Shown here: piece by piece, positions 12,721-23,999 of the stretch
Layout of the letters: each line of letters begins with the position of its first letter
Numbering within the stretch: the stretch's first letter is position 1
NCBI GenBank assembly: GCA_964270895.1
Contig: OZ185439.1
Strand: one strand, 5' to 3'
Source of the DNA: Podarcis filfolensis
Lineage: Eukaryota
DNA: 64,000 nucleotides
The notes under the pieces: model-generated
Databases searched by the model: none
Seen by the model: only the letters and a program-made list of their open reading frames with translations
Told to the model about the DNA's origin: nothing
Position numbers and translations under genes: made by a program

Positions 12721-13869
12721 AGTGCTACCTCGCGTTGGAAACACCAGCGACCCTGCAAATAGCAAACTAGTATAGCAGCCAAAGGGCTGGGCTAGGGTAT
12801 TTTTCTCTTATGAACATGGTATATAGGAGCGGGGGTGTGGGAGCAGGGAGGAAGAGCGTTGAGGAGTGCCTGATCTGGGAATCCTTTCTCCTGTGTGACC
12901 CCCTTGACTGTTTCAGTAACAGCACAATGCTATCCATGTCTACTCAGAAGTAATTCCCAATATATTCAGTGGGGTTTACTCCCAGGTAAGTAGGGTTAGG
13001 GTTGCAGCTTTACTCAATCTTTTTTCTTTTTCATTTTTTCACTTCACAGAGTGATTATTACCATGTTGGTGACCACAGCCATTTCCTGCTATCTCTTGTG
13101 AGTATTGTGTAGGGGAGATGGGTTGTGGGTGTAGAGCTGGGTTGTACCCAGCAGGAAACCAACCACCCTCATAACTTTATCTAACTGGCTGCTTCCTGAA
13201 TATTGGGAATCTAGGAAGGAATCCCAAATAGCAGCAGCTCTCCTGTATGACCACCTTGGAGATGCTCAGGTTTCTTCATGGTTGCCAGGTCCTTATTCTA
13301 CACATAGGTGCATAAACAGCCTCTTTCATAAAATAAGCTTTTGGGTAATCTTGGATCATGGTACACTGTCTCTTCCAATATGTCTTGGCATCATTCATGC
13401 ATGATGCTCCCAGGACCCCATATATGAACAAGGAGTGGATTTTGCATCCCATAACAAGCCTTAGACCATCTCTGATCATACACCAAAGCAGTAGACTGTT
13501 CTAGCTGCCCTAACATCCTGTCTGGCTCAGCTAGACACTCTCAGCCATAATGCACCAGGGCAGATCTTCTTGTAGTACATTTAAAGAACTAGAAGACTTT
13601 GCTCCCTATATTATATATCCCTCCTACAGGGATACTGTCCTCTTTATAAGAATAACTGTTACTTGCAAAAATGACCTAGCAGTTACTTGCAAAATATGAC
13701 TTTTTGTATTTCAGCACTAGTGCAAAAGGAGTTGTGATCCAGTTTATATGTCTCCTTCCTATCTTTCCCTTGCAGCTGGCTTATAGCACTCCTGGCCCAG
13801 GCCAACCCGCTGTTTGGACCCCAGCTGAAGAATGAGACCATCTGGTATGTGCGCTTCCTGTGGGAGTGA
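12169..13869 (+). CDS. ATP6V0E2: V-type proton ATPase subunit e2 (81 aa)
   Basis: join(12169..12272, 13050..13097, 13776..13869) = 246 nt. [81 protein letters not shown]. The termini MTAHSFALP and YVRFLWE are diagnostic of e2 (e1 has MAYHGL and YLKYHWP). Confidence 0.96.
12526..12557. repeat. (CA)n microsatellite
   Basis: Direct reading; ATP6V0E2 intron 1. Confidence 0.95.
12920..13008. mobile_element. Palindromic 89-bp MITE (PIF/Harbinger-like), copy in ATP6V0E2 intron 1
   Basis: Same structure as 30392-30480 (tactcagaagtaa..ttactcccaggtaagt..ggttgcagc); flanked by TAA and TTA-like trinucleotides. Confidence 0.6.
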
Positions 13870-14389
13870 ACTGGACCACTATCAACCAATTCAACAGGTA
13901 CTTGCTCTGTCCAGCACTACCTAACCTACCTTACTAACACACAAATACATTACATGCAACTCATTAATAGCTTGTAAGAAAAAGGAATCTAGTTGCTTCC
14001 AGTTTACAACGATTCCCTTCCTTGGTTCCTTGCCTGACTCACCTGTCAATGGCATAGCCCAGGGATGGGGAGCTTATGGTTCTCTAGATATTATTGGATT
14101 CTGACTCCTATTAGCCCAAGCCAGTATAGCCAGTCAGGGATCATAGTCCAGCCACATGAGAATCACAGGTCCCATCCCTGGCTTAACCAATAGAACCAGA
14201 AAGGTACCTGTAATCTGTCTCCAATAGTGTTGCCACTCTGTGGTTCTATAGGACAGGTCACTTTCTCATTGTCTGTAAAAGGTAGCTATGGTAAATCTCA
14301 GTGAAAGGGAACAGGTTGATTGTTCCCAGATATCTTCTATCCTGCTGGGGTAAGGTCAATACTAAGAAATCTTTTTCTCTTTTTCCTAG

Positions 14390-14915
14390 GCTTCCTTCTG
14401 AGGCTAGATAACAGCTCCACCCCTTGTCCTTTCCAGTACTAACTCAACGGATCTTTTGTTTGCACTCTAAATTTCCCCACAGCAGTAGGGCCAAGACCCA
14501 AACATATGAAGGGACCATTTCACTTGTTTAACCATCTCCCACCTGTTTTAATTGATGCATCTTGGTGGCATCTGCTCTTGGGTTTGATGTTGTAACTAAA
14601 TGTCCCTCTCGTGGCAGTTAGGGGAAATGTTTGCATTTTGAAAGTCCTGTAACAAACGCTAAGTTTGAATAATTGCTGATGGAGCTCTGGAACACACTCT
14701 TGGGCAAGAGACAAGACACCTTCCTTACTTTTACATGGCGATGCTCACCCAATCAATCTGTTCTCTCCCTATCTTTGTCCATTAGCAGTGAAGCTGCTGC
14801 ACTAGGATGCATTTGCCTAGAATTCCCCCTTCCACTATTATTTATAATGTTGTGTATTTGTATTTATTGAGTGTAAACTGGTATCGTGAAAATAAATTTT
14901 TTTAGTATGTGAGCT
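14390..14915 (+). other. ATP6V0E2: Probable non-coding last exon (3'UTR) of ATP6V0E2
   Basis: Donor CAG|GTACTT after 13897 (28 nt past the stop codon); pyrimidine tract and AG at 14388-14389; AATAAA at 14891-14896. The end coordinate is approximate. Confidence 0.65.
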
Positions 14916-16152
14916 TTCTTTGTCTTCTGTTAAAGAGATCTGATATGGGGTCCAGAAGTGCTTGAAATTCAGCCAGGGTAATACTCCAGCCTCCATCCAT
15001 AGCATCTAATTGGTATTGGGCTGAAATCAAAATTGGTGTGTGTTTCCTGACAAGGAGCACTTCAGTAAACTATCTGGGTGGTGTAAGCAACTAAGCCACT
15101 GCAAATTTCCAGACTAGGATTTATGATAGTAACCCTATTGTGTTCACGACCATACAGCAATAAAGCAAGTTCTTTTCCTTAGGCCTACAATTGTGGATTG
15201 GTTCTCATTCTTGAGCACAGGTGAGAAATTATGGTTTTTACAGCTAGTAAAACCAACCAGCTACACCAACCAACAAGCTTCCAGCACAACTAGCATCAAG
15301 AAACTCTGCTTACACAGTTCAGCATAATTTATTGCTACAGTAACTGGAGTTCAAGTATGAAAACAAATTCATAATTTAACTTAGCCCATAGTTGATTGAG
15401 TTTATGGGCTAGGTGTTGTTAAAACAAGTACCAGGGACAGCGTTCCACAGTGCAAGGTGGTCTTCTGTGAAACTTGGAACTGCTGGAAGCCCCAGTGCTA
15501 GGACAACAGCACTGAGACACACTGAATGATGGATAAATGTGGGATTTGAAAGGAGTGTGTGCAAAATGTATTTGTGGGGAGGAGTGTGAAGGAAGGCAGC
15601 AAATTATCTGCCTTGGTTTTTTTAAAAGGTTATTTCTTACCCTCAAGGAATCCTGTTTGCACGACTCCTTTTTTGGTCCTATCACAGACATCAACAGAAG
15701 TAGCGGGGCGGGGGGGAGGCGTGCTTATAGTAAAGCACCAGAAAGAACCACTTTCTTTCCTTTTGCGGGAGAGCTGTCCAGTTCTTGGCCACACAAGGTC
15801 CTTCTCCCCCCTTCCTGAGTAAATCAAGTTTCTTTGGTCACTTTCAGCTATGCTGCCTTTTGCCCACTGTCAAGGGTAACAGAGATCAGCTTCCCTTGCC
15901 TCACAGCACCTGCAGTGTGATTCTCCTCCAGTGACTGGGGATTTCAGCCACGGAGGAAAATCTAGAGTCCATTAGGGTTGAGCGGCTTGGGTTAGGGGCA
16001 AGTCTGAGCAGACACTGTTTAGGCCCTGGGGTTGGGCTGGAGTCCTGCAGAATTCCGGACTAGCCCGCAAGAGAATCACAGCTTCTGGCCCATTAAAAGC
16101 CAATGCCAATAGGGCAGACATGGAGAGAGTTCACTGAGAGGTAGTTCTTTTG

Positions 16153-19100
16153 TCAGGAGGCTGCCTCCTGTGCTGGCAGCGGCACCACTTCTGCTAGCCA
16201 CAGCAGGTCCAGCTGTGCCACGTGCAACTGCTTCTGGTGGATGCGGCGCAGACGGAAGAGGTAGAGTCCAATTGCAAGCATCACCACAAGAATGCACACA
16301 AAGAAAAGATAGTGGTTATAAACAAAGGAGAGACGGAGCCAAGGGCTGCGAGGTTGGTGGATGCTCTCCTGGCGGAGATCCCTAAAAAACAGAAAAATCA
16401 GTCTGAAGTTGAAATGTGAAGCTGCGCTAAGCTTGAATCTCTTGCAACTAGCAGACAAAGAAGCCTTCCAGATACTGCAGTAAGTATGATTCCCAAATAC
16501 CTGGCTTTTCTCAGGCCTATGCCCTACAGACCATTTGTAAATAGATGAGAGGTGTCAAAAACATAGGTTTAGTTTTTTAACATTTAAGACACCATGTTAC
16601 TGATAAAGGATCAACTTCCTTTTCACGCAGGCTCTGTGCTTCATTGAGAGTGCATTTAATGTCTCTCCTTTAGGTACCTCTTAAAAACAAACCAGGTCTC
16701 TGCATGCCTCTGCTTTCTCCTTCTCTGTTTTTTTCAGAAAAGCACTGCTGGCAGATCACTTGCTTTCTCAAGTTTAAAAAATGAATCTTCGGACTTTAAA
16801 CACAGAGTACTGAACTCTTCCATGTTTCAAGCTCAATCCTATGCATGCTTATTGAGAGTAAGCCTCCTCATGTTGAACTCTGTGAGGCTTACTCCCAGGT
16901 TCACATATTAAGATGACTGAACACTCTAATTAGGGCTAGAAAACCGGCATTTTACTCCTAGTCAAGCGCCATGGTCCAGTTCTTTACTGAAGACCTTGTT
17001 TGAAAGACTGATTCTGAAGTAACCAAAAGAACTCTACCACTCTTAAGATGAGAAAACACACAGTGGACAACAATTTAGATTACCTGAGTGGCAGGAAGCG
17101 AGTTTTATAGAGAATGGCTCCCAGTGTCCATTGTACCTCACGATCATACACCAACTGGGCTGTGCGCAGACCAGAATAATCCTTGGGGAAATGAAAGCCT
17201 TCGTGTAGGACTTGGTGCATCCATGCTGATTTGAAGCACTGGTACCTGCAAGCAGAGCATAGAGACTCCATCACAAATACGCTGGACTGAGGCTCATCAG
17301 TTGAGAAGACTGCTGGGGGGCAATCTTACCCCCACCCCTTCACCGTCCATGGAAGAAGAGTTAAGGACCAAGCACATTCTCTGTGAAAGGGAAGAATGGA
17401 TTCTTACTTGACACGGTGCAGGTCTGCATGTGCTGAGTATAGATGGTCTCGGAACCTCTGGCTCAGTACGGACCAGCTCAGACTGCAATAATCCTGGAAG
17501 GAGGCAAAAGACATGAGTGGGCACAGAAACAACACCCCCTATCCTGGCAAAGTGATCACATACTTTAGAGTCACCTGGGCAGCGCGTGTGAACGTGGGCA
17601 TGTGGTACAGTCCTCCCAGGCGCAGCACATCTTCGGTACAGTAGTAGAATTCAGAGAACCCATAGAATTCGCTGTTAACAAAGTCAATTGGTGCCTGATA
17701 GGTGTTGCGCAGAGACACCGTGGTTCTGTTGTCTCCCGCCAGCAGGAGGCGCACTTGCTTCGCGCACGACTGCCAGTCCCCCTGGCCCTTGATGTGCAGG
17801 GTCTGTCCGCCATGCTCCACAACATCCTCCAGTCCCACAGGCAGGCAGGGGTCCAAGACGGGCACCCCAGCATTTGCGCCGAGCTGCTCACCCTGCAACC
17901 TGCAACGAGAGCCTAAGCTTCAGGGTTGGGAAAACACAGACATCCCCAGGGGCAAGTTATGATTGGTGAGTTCTTCTGTGCCACCCTGAAACAGGCTAGA
18001 GGTATGCATGCGGACCATCAAAAACTTCTCCCGTTGATCTCATCACTCAGGGAGCCTGCCTCCTACAAATAAACACACACCCTCTCCCAGGCTGCCACTC
18101 CTTGAACTTCTGGGGGCAGTGGAATCCAGAGCTGCCTTTAGCCAGACCTTTTGAAACCTGGCAGCATTAGGACATCACCTGTTGCGGGTGGTGGTCTGAT
18201 TCAGCACCAGCTCTTCATAGCGCTGTCGGGCGTAGTTGCCCCCAAAGCCCAGGAAGGTGCTGACGTAGACTCGGTACACGTGCTTCGTGTGTTGCATGTC
18301 ACAGCCAAGGTTGAAATCAGCAAGCAGGCTCTTGGCAGCTTCCTCCTGTCAGTAGCAGAGGGGAGGGTGGCAGGGGGAGGGAGAGAGGGAGTAAGAAACA
18401 GTGCCCAACCTGGACCATAGCACATATTTCCTTCCCAAGCTACACACCTCCTGCGGGGAAGAGAAGGACGTGGAAGTCGGCACCTCATAGGCGATTTGCA
18501 GAGAGGCACCTCCCATGTCAAGGATCCCAACGGTCCTCTTTCGCACCAGGGTTTCTTCCTGGCCAGCCAGGGTCACAGAAATCACTGCATCTTCCTCTAC
18601 AATCCCGGAGGGAGGGAGAGAAAGAGAAAGAGAGAGTTTCCAAAGCAATGGAAAATGGAGGTGGAAGATGGCACATCCCCATACCTCTTGGGCTGAACAC
18701 TAGAAATGTCTAGGGTTTGAGGGGGCAGAAGTTAGGGAAGAAGTGGGGATCAGCTCTAGTCTCTCTTGCTCACCTTCACTCCTGCTAAACTGCAGAATGG
18801 GAAGGGGCCTTAGGTCAGGTCATGTGGGAAAGCCAAATCTCCATTCCTGCTGGGAATCGAGCAAACTGTGCTGGAGAGTCCCTCACTCAAGAGGGAACTG
18901 AGCCAAAAGAGAAAACTTCTACCTACCCATTCAACTCCACTGTCCCTTCCCGCAGTCTCACCTTCTTCGTGGTCAAATCTTCCCAATACAAAGTTGATGC
19001 CTATCCAAGAATAGACTCCTGGGAAATTGGGGGTGGGGGAAGAAAGAGAATCAAGAGCAGTGTTGGGTTCCTTGAAGGTACAGGACTTGAGTAGCACCCT

Positions 19101-20359
19101 GTGAAGTTTGAGGGGAGGGAACAACCCCAAGGGATGGGCACCGCCAACAGCAAGTTAAGCTGGTGTAACAGCTAGCTAAGCCCCCAGATCCTGCGCAGTG
19201 CTGCCTCACTACCTACCTTCCCCCCTCTCTCCCTTCACCCTTTGCCAAACTCCCTAAGATAATAACAACAACAACAACAACAACAATAATAATTATAATA
19301 TTTTTTTATTTATACCCCGCCCGCCCCAGCCAAGGCCGGGCTCAGGGCGGCTAACAAGCAATAATAAAAACAAGTTGAATGAATACAACTTAAAAACAAA
19401 ATTAAAAGACAACATTAAAATATTGAAACATTAAAATATTAAAATGCAGCCTCATCACAGTGATGACGGAGTGAGTGAGCCTTTCTGGCCCAATACCTAC
19501 CTTCTTGCTTCCCAGAGATCACTTCTGCCTGAGATTCTGAGAAGAGGAAATCAAATTCCAAGGGCACATCCCTCACCAGGTCCGCCAGGATGGCCGTCTG
19601 CTGCCTGCGAAGATCCACAAGCAGACAAACTGAGCAGCTCCCATTTCTTTGTACTGAAATATAACGAGCCCCCCTCTCCACTGCTCCTTTGCTGAATGGC
19701 CAAGATGTCTAAACAGCAGACTCCACCTCATTTCAAAAACCCGCCCTTTTGTCCCCCTGTGCAAGTCACCCTTCTCACTTGGTCTCTTTCCAGCCACGAA
19801 TTTGCAAATACTCACACAACTTCATAAGCAGGACTTAATTTTTAGCTCCACTTGGGGTGGAGATGACCCATTGCTCACTATCAAGTTAGGGAACCCTGTG
19901 TGGGAATGTTGTGGATAGTAGGAGAGGATATATTGATTAAATATTATCCTTCCTCATTCACGTTAGTGAGCTAGTCTCCACCCCCATCGTTCAGCCCGGA
20001 CGCTGCAGTCCAGCGCCGAGGGCCTTCTGGCGGTTCCCTCACTGCAAGAAGTGAGGTTACAGGGAACCAGGAAGAGGGCCTTCTCGGTAGTGGTGCCCAC
20101 CCTGTGGAACACCTTGACATCTGAAGGCAGCCCTGTTTAGGGAAGTTTGTAATGTTTGAAGTTTTATTCTGTTTTTAATGTTCTGTTTAATGTTTGACCA
20201 AACTGCGGGAGGCAGTGGAAGACAGAAGTGCCTGGCGTGCTCTGGTCCATGAGGTCACGAAGAGTCAGACACGACTAAATGACTAAACAATAACAATGTT
20301 CTGTTGAAAGCCACCCAGAGTGGGTGGGGAAACCCAGCCAGATGGGCGGGTAGAAATAA

Positions 20360-20407
<48 letters not shown>

Positions 20408-23400
20408 TAGTAGCAGAGCACATTCCCTTGCACATTGCTGGAAGCTAGTTGATGGATTCGTTAGAATCATTTGAATTGAGCAATCCAGTCTGGCTTGTCC
20501 AGATTGGATTGTTCCTGGTAAATTTCCCCTTTAGTTCCCTCTTAAAAACAATACTGACATGACAGTCTTCTTTTAAAAGTAATGATAAAGTTTACTTACA
20601 TTCAGTTCACAGTATTGTCCTGAAGGCAGGCTTTATTTTGTAGTCACAGTTACAGTTGTAGAGAAAAAAAAGTCTGAGCTAGGTCTCAGACTTTCTACCT
20701 TGTGGCTTCCATCCTCTGTAAGAATGAGCCATGTGCTGCTGGCTAACAGCCAGCAGATGTGTCGCAAAAGAGCAGCAAAAGAGGTAGATGGCTGCGTGAC
20801 TGCCCTTTTATAGGGTCTGCTAGGGTCACACCTATCTACCTGGTCGCACACAGGGGGAGGATGCTCCAGAGCAGGTATGACAGGAAATCCTCCCTGTCTG
20901 GAGCAACATTCCCATGTGTCCACTCTAGGAAACAGGAAATGTTGTATTTGACTGCTACAGTGAAGATACACCCCACACCCTGTCCCTTTCCACTTCAGGA
21001 TGCAAGTCCACCTGTAGCTCCAAGAGTCCCAGCACTTCCTGCTCCCCAGTCCCAAGCCTACTCTGCTCAGGTCTTGGAAAAATACAGCTCACTCACCAGT
21101 CAGGCAGCAGCCTCATTCCTGCAGTACACAAAATGTAGAGGGGAGTCTCCTTGTGCTTGGTACTGGGCACATAGGCAGCAGCAAAGCTGAGCAGCGGCCT
21201 GATGTAGTCACTAGCTTTGTCTGGAGTGGCTGCCAGAGTAGAGATCCCTGTACAATGAAAAGGGAATATTCCCTCAGCTGCCATCTCTACAGAACAACTC
21301 TGCCCACCTCCAGGTGCTTGGTGCTTGTGGGTTCACAGCCACCAACAAAAACGGCATTTGGAAATCTCCAAACCTGGCTTGATCTTCTTGACAACAGGCT
21401 GGCCGTTACGGTCTCGCATCTGCCGGATGTCCAGCAGGTCGTGCGGATTCCCATTGTGTGGTGGCCAAAAGTATACAAAGACTCGGGACCCGCTGCTCCC
21501 GCAATCAATAACCACCCCGTAATTCAGAGATGGGTTATTTGTGTCCGTTGCCTCCAAGGTATGAAACCGTTCCAGGTACCTGCAAGGGGAATGAGGAAGA
21601 TTTGGAGTTAAGAGACAGAGACCAGACCAAACAGTCTTCACACCCCTAAAAGAAAAAGGCAGATCCAGCATTCCATAGAATGCCTGCTCTGCTCTTTCAG
21701 AGGCTGTCTATTATCGCACAACAGAAATAATAGGAATTACAGGAACACAAAATGCCTATATCACTTCTCCATAAATGCTTCAAGCGATGCTGACCCAGCA
21801 TGTGCATCCAGTCCCTGCGGAGGCTCTCGTCCCCCCTTCTAGAAACCAGATGAAAGTTATTGGAATCCCCCTAGGCACTGGCTTCAGCTCCCCAAGAACC
21901 GGAGAACTGAAGTAGACATCCCAACCCACCCACTTTGTGCCATTTCATCGGTGCAATCAGAAAAAAGGACTGAGAGACCACAGCATGTCCAGCCATTAAG
22001 AAGAAAGCTAACCAAATTAGTGGGTTTTGCAGATCCATTAGACAGAGGATTCATGCCACCACAGTTCTTATTGATCCTGCTCCCCTTTCTGGTGCTGAAG
22101 GAAATTCTGGCTCAGTCAGCACAGCCTCTGCTGCTTCCCTCACCCAGCAGCAGCAGTGGTGGAACAAAGCAAGGGTTTGAAGAAGGCCATCCCACGGCCA
22201 ACTGCCATAGGGCCAAATGTTCCAACATCCTGACTTTTGCAGAAGAGGGCATAGATTCCCTGGGCACTCAGCTAGAGCAGCAGCTCTCACAAATGCCATG
22301 CACCATCCCAAGTATTCCAGTTGGATTTCCCCATGGACACAGGAGCCAAGAGATGCACAAATACAATTGCATCTTATCTAAGAGGGAGGAGAAGCCAGAC
22401 CTATCACAGACAGAAGGTCAGGTCACAAAAGTTAAGGCATAAGCTACTATATCAGTCTTTGTTTACATCTGTTAATCAGCATTCACGGAAGGAGGAAAGG
22501 GCGAAGGAAGAGGAGAAGCAGGAAGACCCAAGGCCTGCCATGTGGTAGGACTACCATGGCTGAGGCAGTGCCAGGCCCCCTAAACTGTGTCAGGTGGGAC
22601 AAGAAGTTGATCAGAGTCTGAGTTCCAGAGGAGCCATTGAATGTCATATTATTTGAGTACAGTAATTGGTAGTCTGTCCCAACAAGAAAATTCTGTCCAA
22701 TCCACATCACATTGAAAAAATAAAAGCCATGCAGCTAAATGCATCTTGTAGTATCAGCTCTGCTCTTGAAGGAAGAGGCACAAGCATTGGTCCCAGGTCC
22801 AGCAATGAACCTGCTGAAGGTAAGCTGGTGTGCATCTGATGAATGGCTGGGGTAACCCAGCCAGATGAGCAGGGCATTATTATGATTATTATTATTGCCA
22901 GGATGGGCTCACCTTGGATTCCTATATATGCCACCTTGAGTTCCACGATGAAAGAAAAGCAGGATATACCGTACATTCCATAATTAATAAATATAATTAC
23001 TGCAGGATGTTATGCAAATAAATGCTGGATGTTACTGGATATTATGCAAACAAAAGCTGCAGCAGAAATGCCCTTTTAAAATTAAAGGCAAGTTGCTACC
23101 TGCCATAAGGGAAGCTGAGAGAATGTATACAATGTGAATGTATAGTTTAGAGGAAATGTGAATTTAAAAGTAATTACCAATCTCTCCTTTGGTCTGAAAA
23201 TGACTTGTTTAAGGTGGTTGTCAAATGCAAATAGCTGGCTTTTGCCAAAACATTTACCCTACCTTTATCTTAATGGCCCATTTTAAAGTGATAACATCAA
23301 CAAGTCTAGACTTGTTAATCTTATAAAGAACCGCAGCTGGAGAGACCCTCTTTAGCATATCAAATAAAATTTTGGCTTCAGAGGAAGTACTGTCATTTTC

Positions 23401-23952
23401 CAGCAGACCATGAGAAGTCTGGTTCAGATTGGGGGATCCTAACTTAGAATCTTAAAACTATCCCTTTATTTCTTAAGATGCAACTGGGGGACAGGCAGTA
23501 TTGCCTACAGAAAATCAAAAGCTTTCATCTTGACTTAAAGAACTGCTCTTTGTCATCTTATGGACAGAAATGTAAATAATTACTTCCTAGTTTAGTAATT
23601 TTTAAGTCTTAGTAATCTGCCAAGCATATTTAACACCAACGAAGAACCAGTTAGTAATGTTAAGAAGTTTTGTTGTTGTTGTTTTTTACCTTTTGTTTTC
23701 TTTATGAGTTGCTTGTTGTCTTTTATGCTTTCCTATCTCTCTGGTGTTATATTTACTGACAACTTCCTTTCTTTAGGAACAGCAGACTGGTGTTAATACT
23801 TCAAGTCACACATCTAGTCATTTTGAAATTTTACTCATCTTAAGAGGAGTGGGTATAGGGAAAAGTGAGGTATCTGAAGTGGGAAGCCTCTTCTCCTCAT
23901 GGCAGTTCCTTGTGCGATTTAGAAGTCTGCTAAATCAGGACTTCACACACAG

Positions 23953-23999
<47 letters not shown>

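Noticed and set aside
18448-18490. Possible ENTPD4-like alternative donor removing the TSFSSPQE segment of ENTPD7
   Set aside because: The only upstream in-frame GT (GAG|GTGCCG) is a poor donor; no support without RNA data.
21951-22442. 163-aa plus-strand ORF in an ENTPD7 intron
   Set aside because: GTG start, no recognisable domain or splice context, antisense to ENTPD7.
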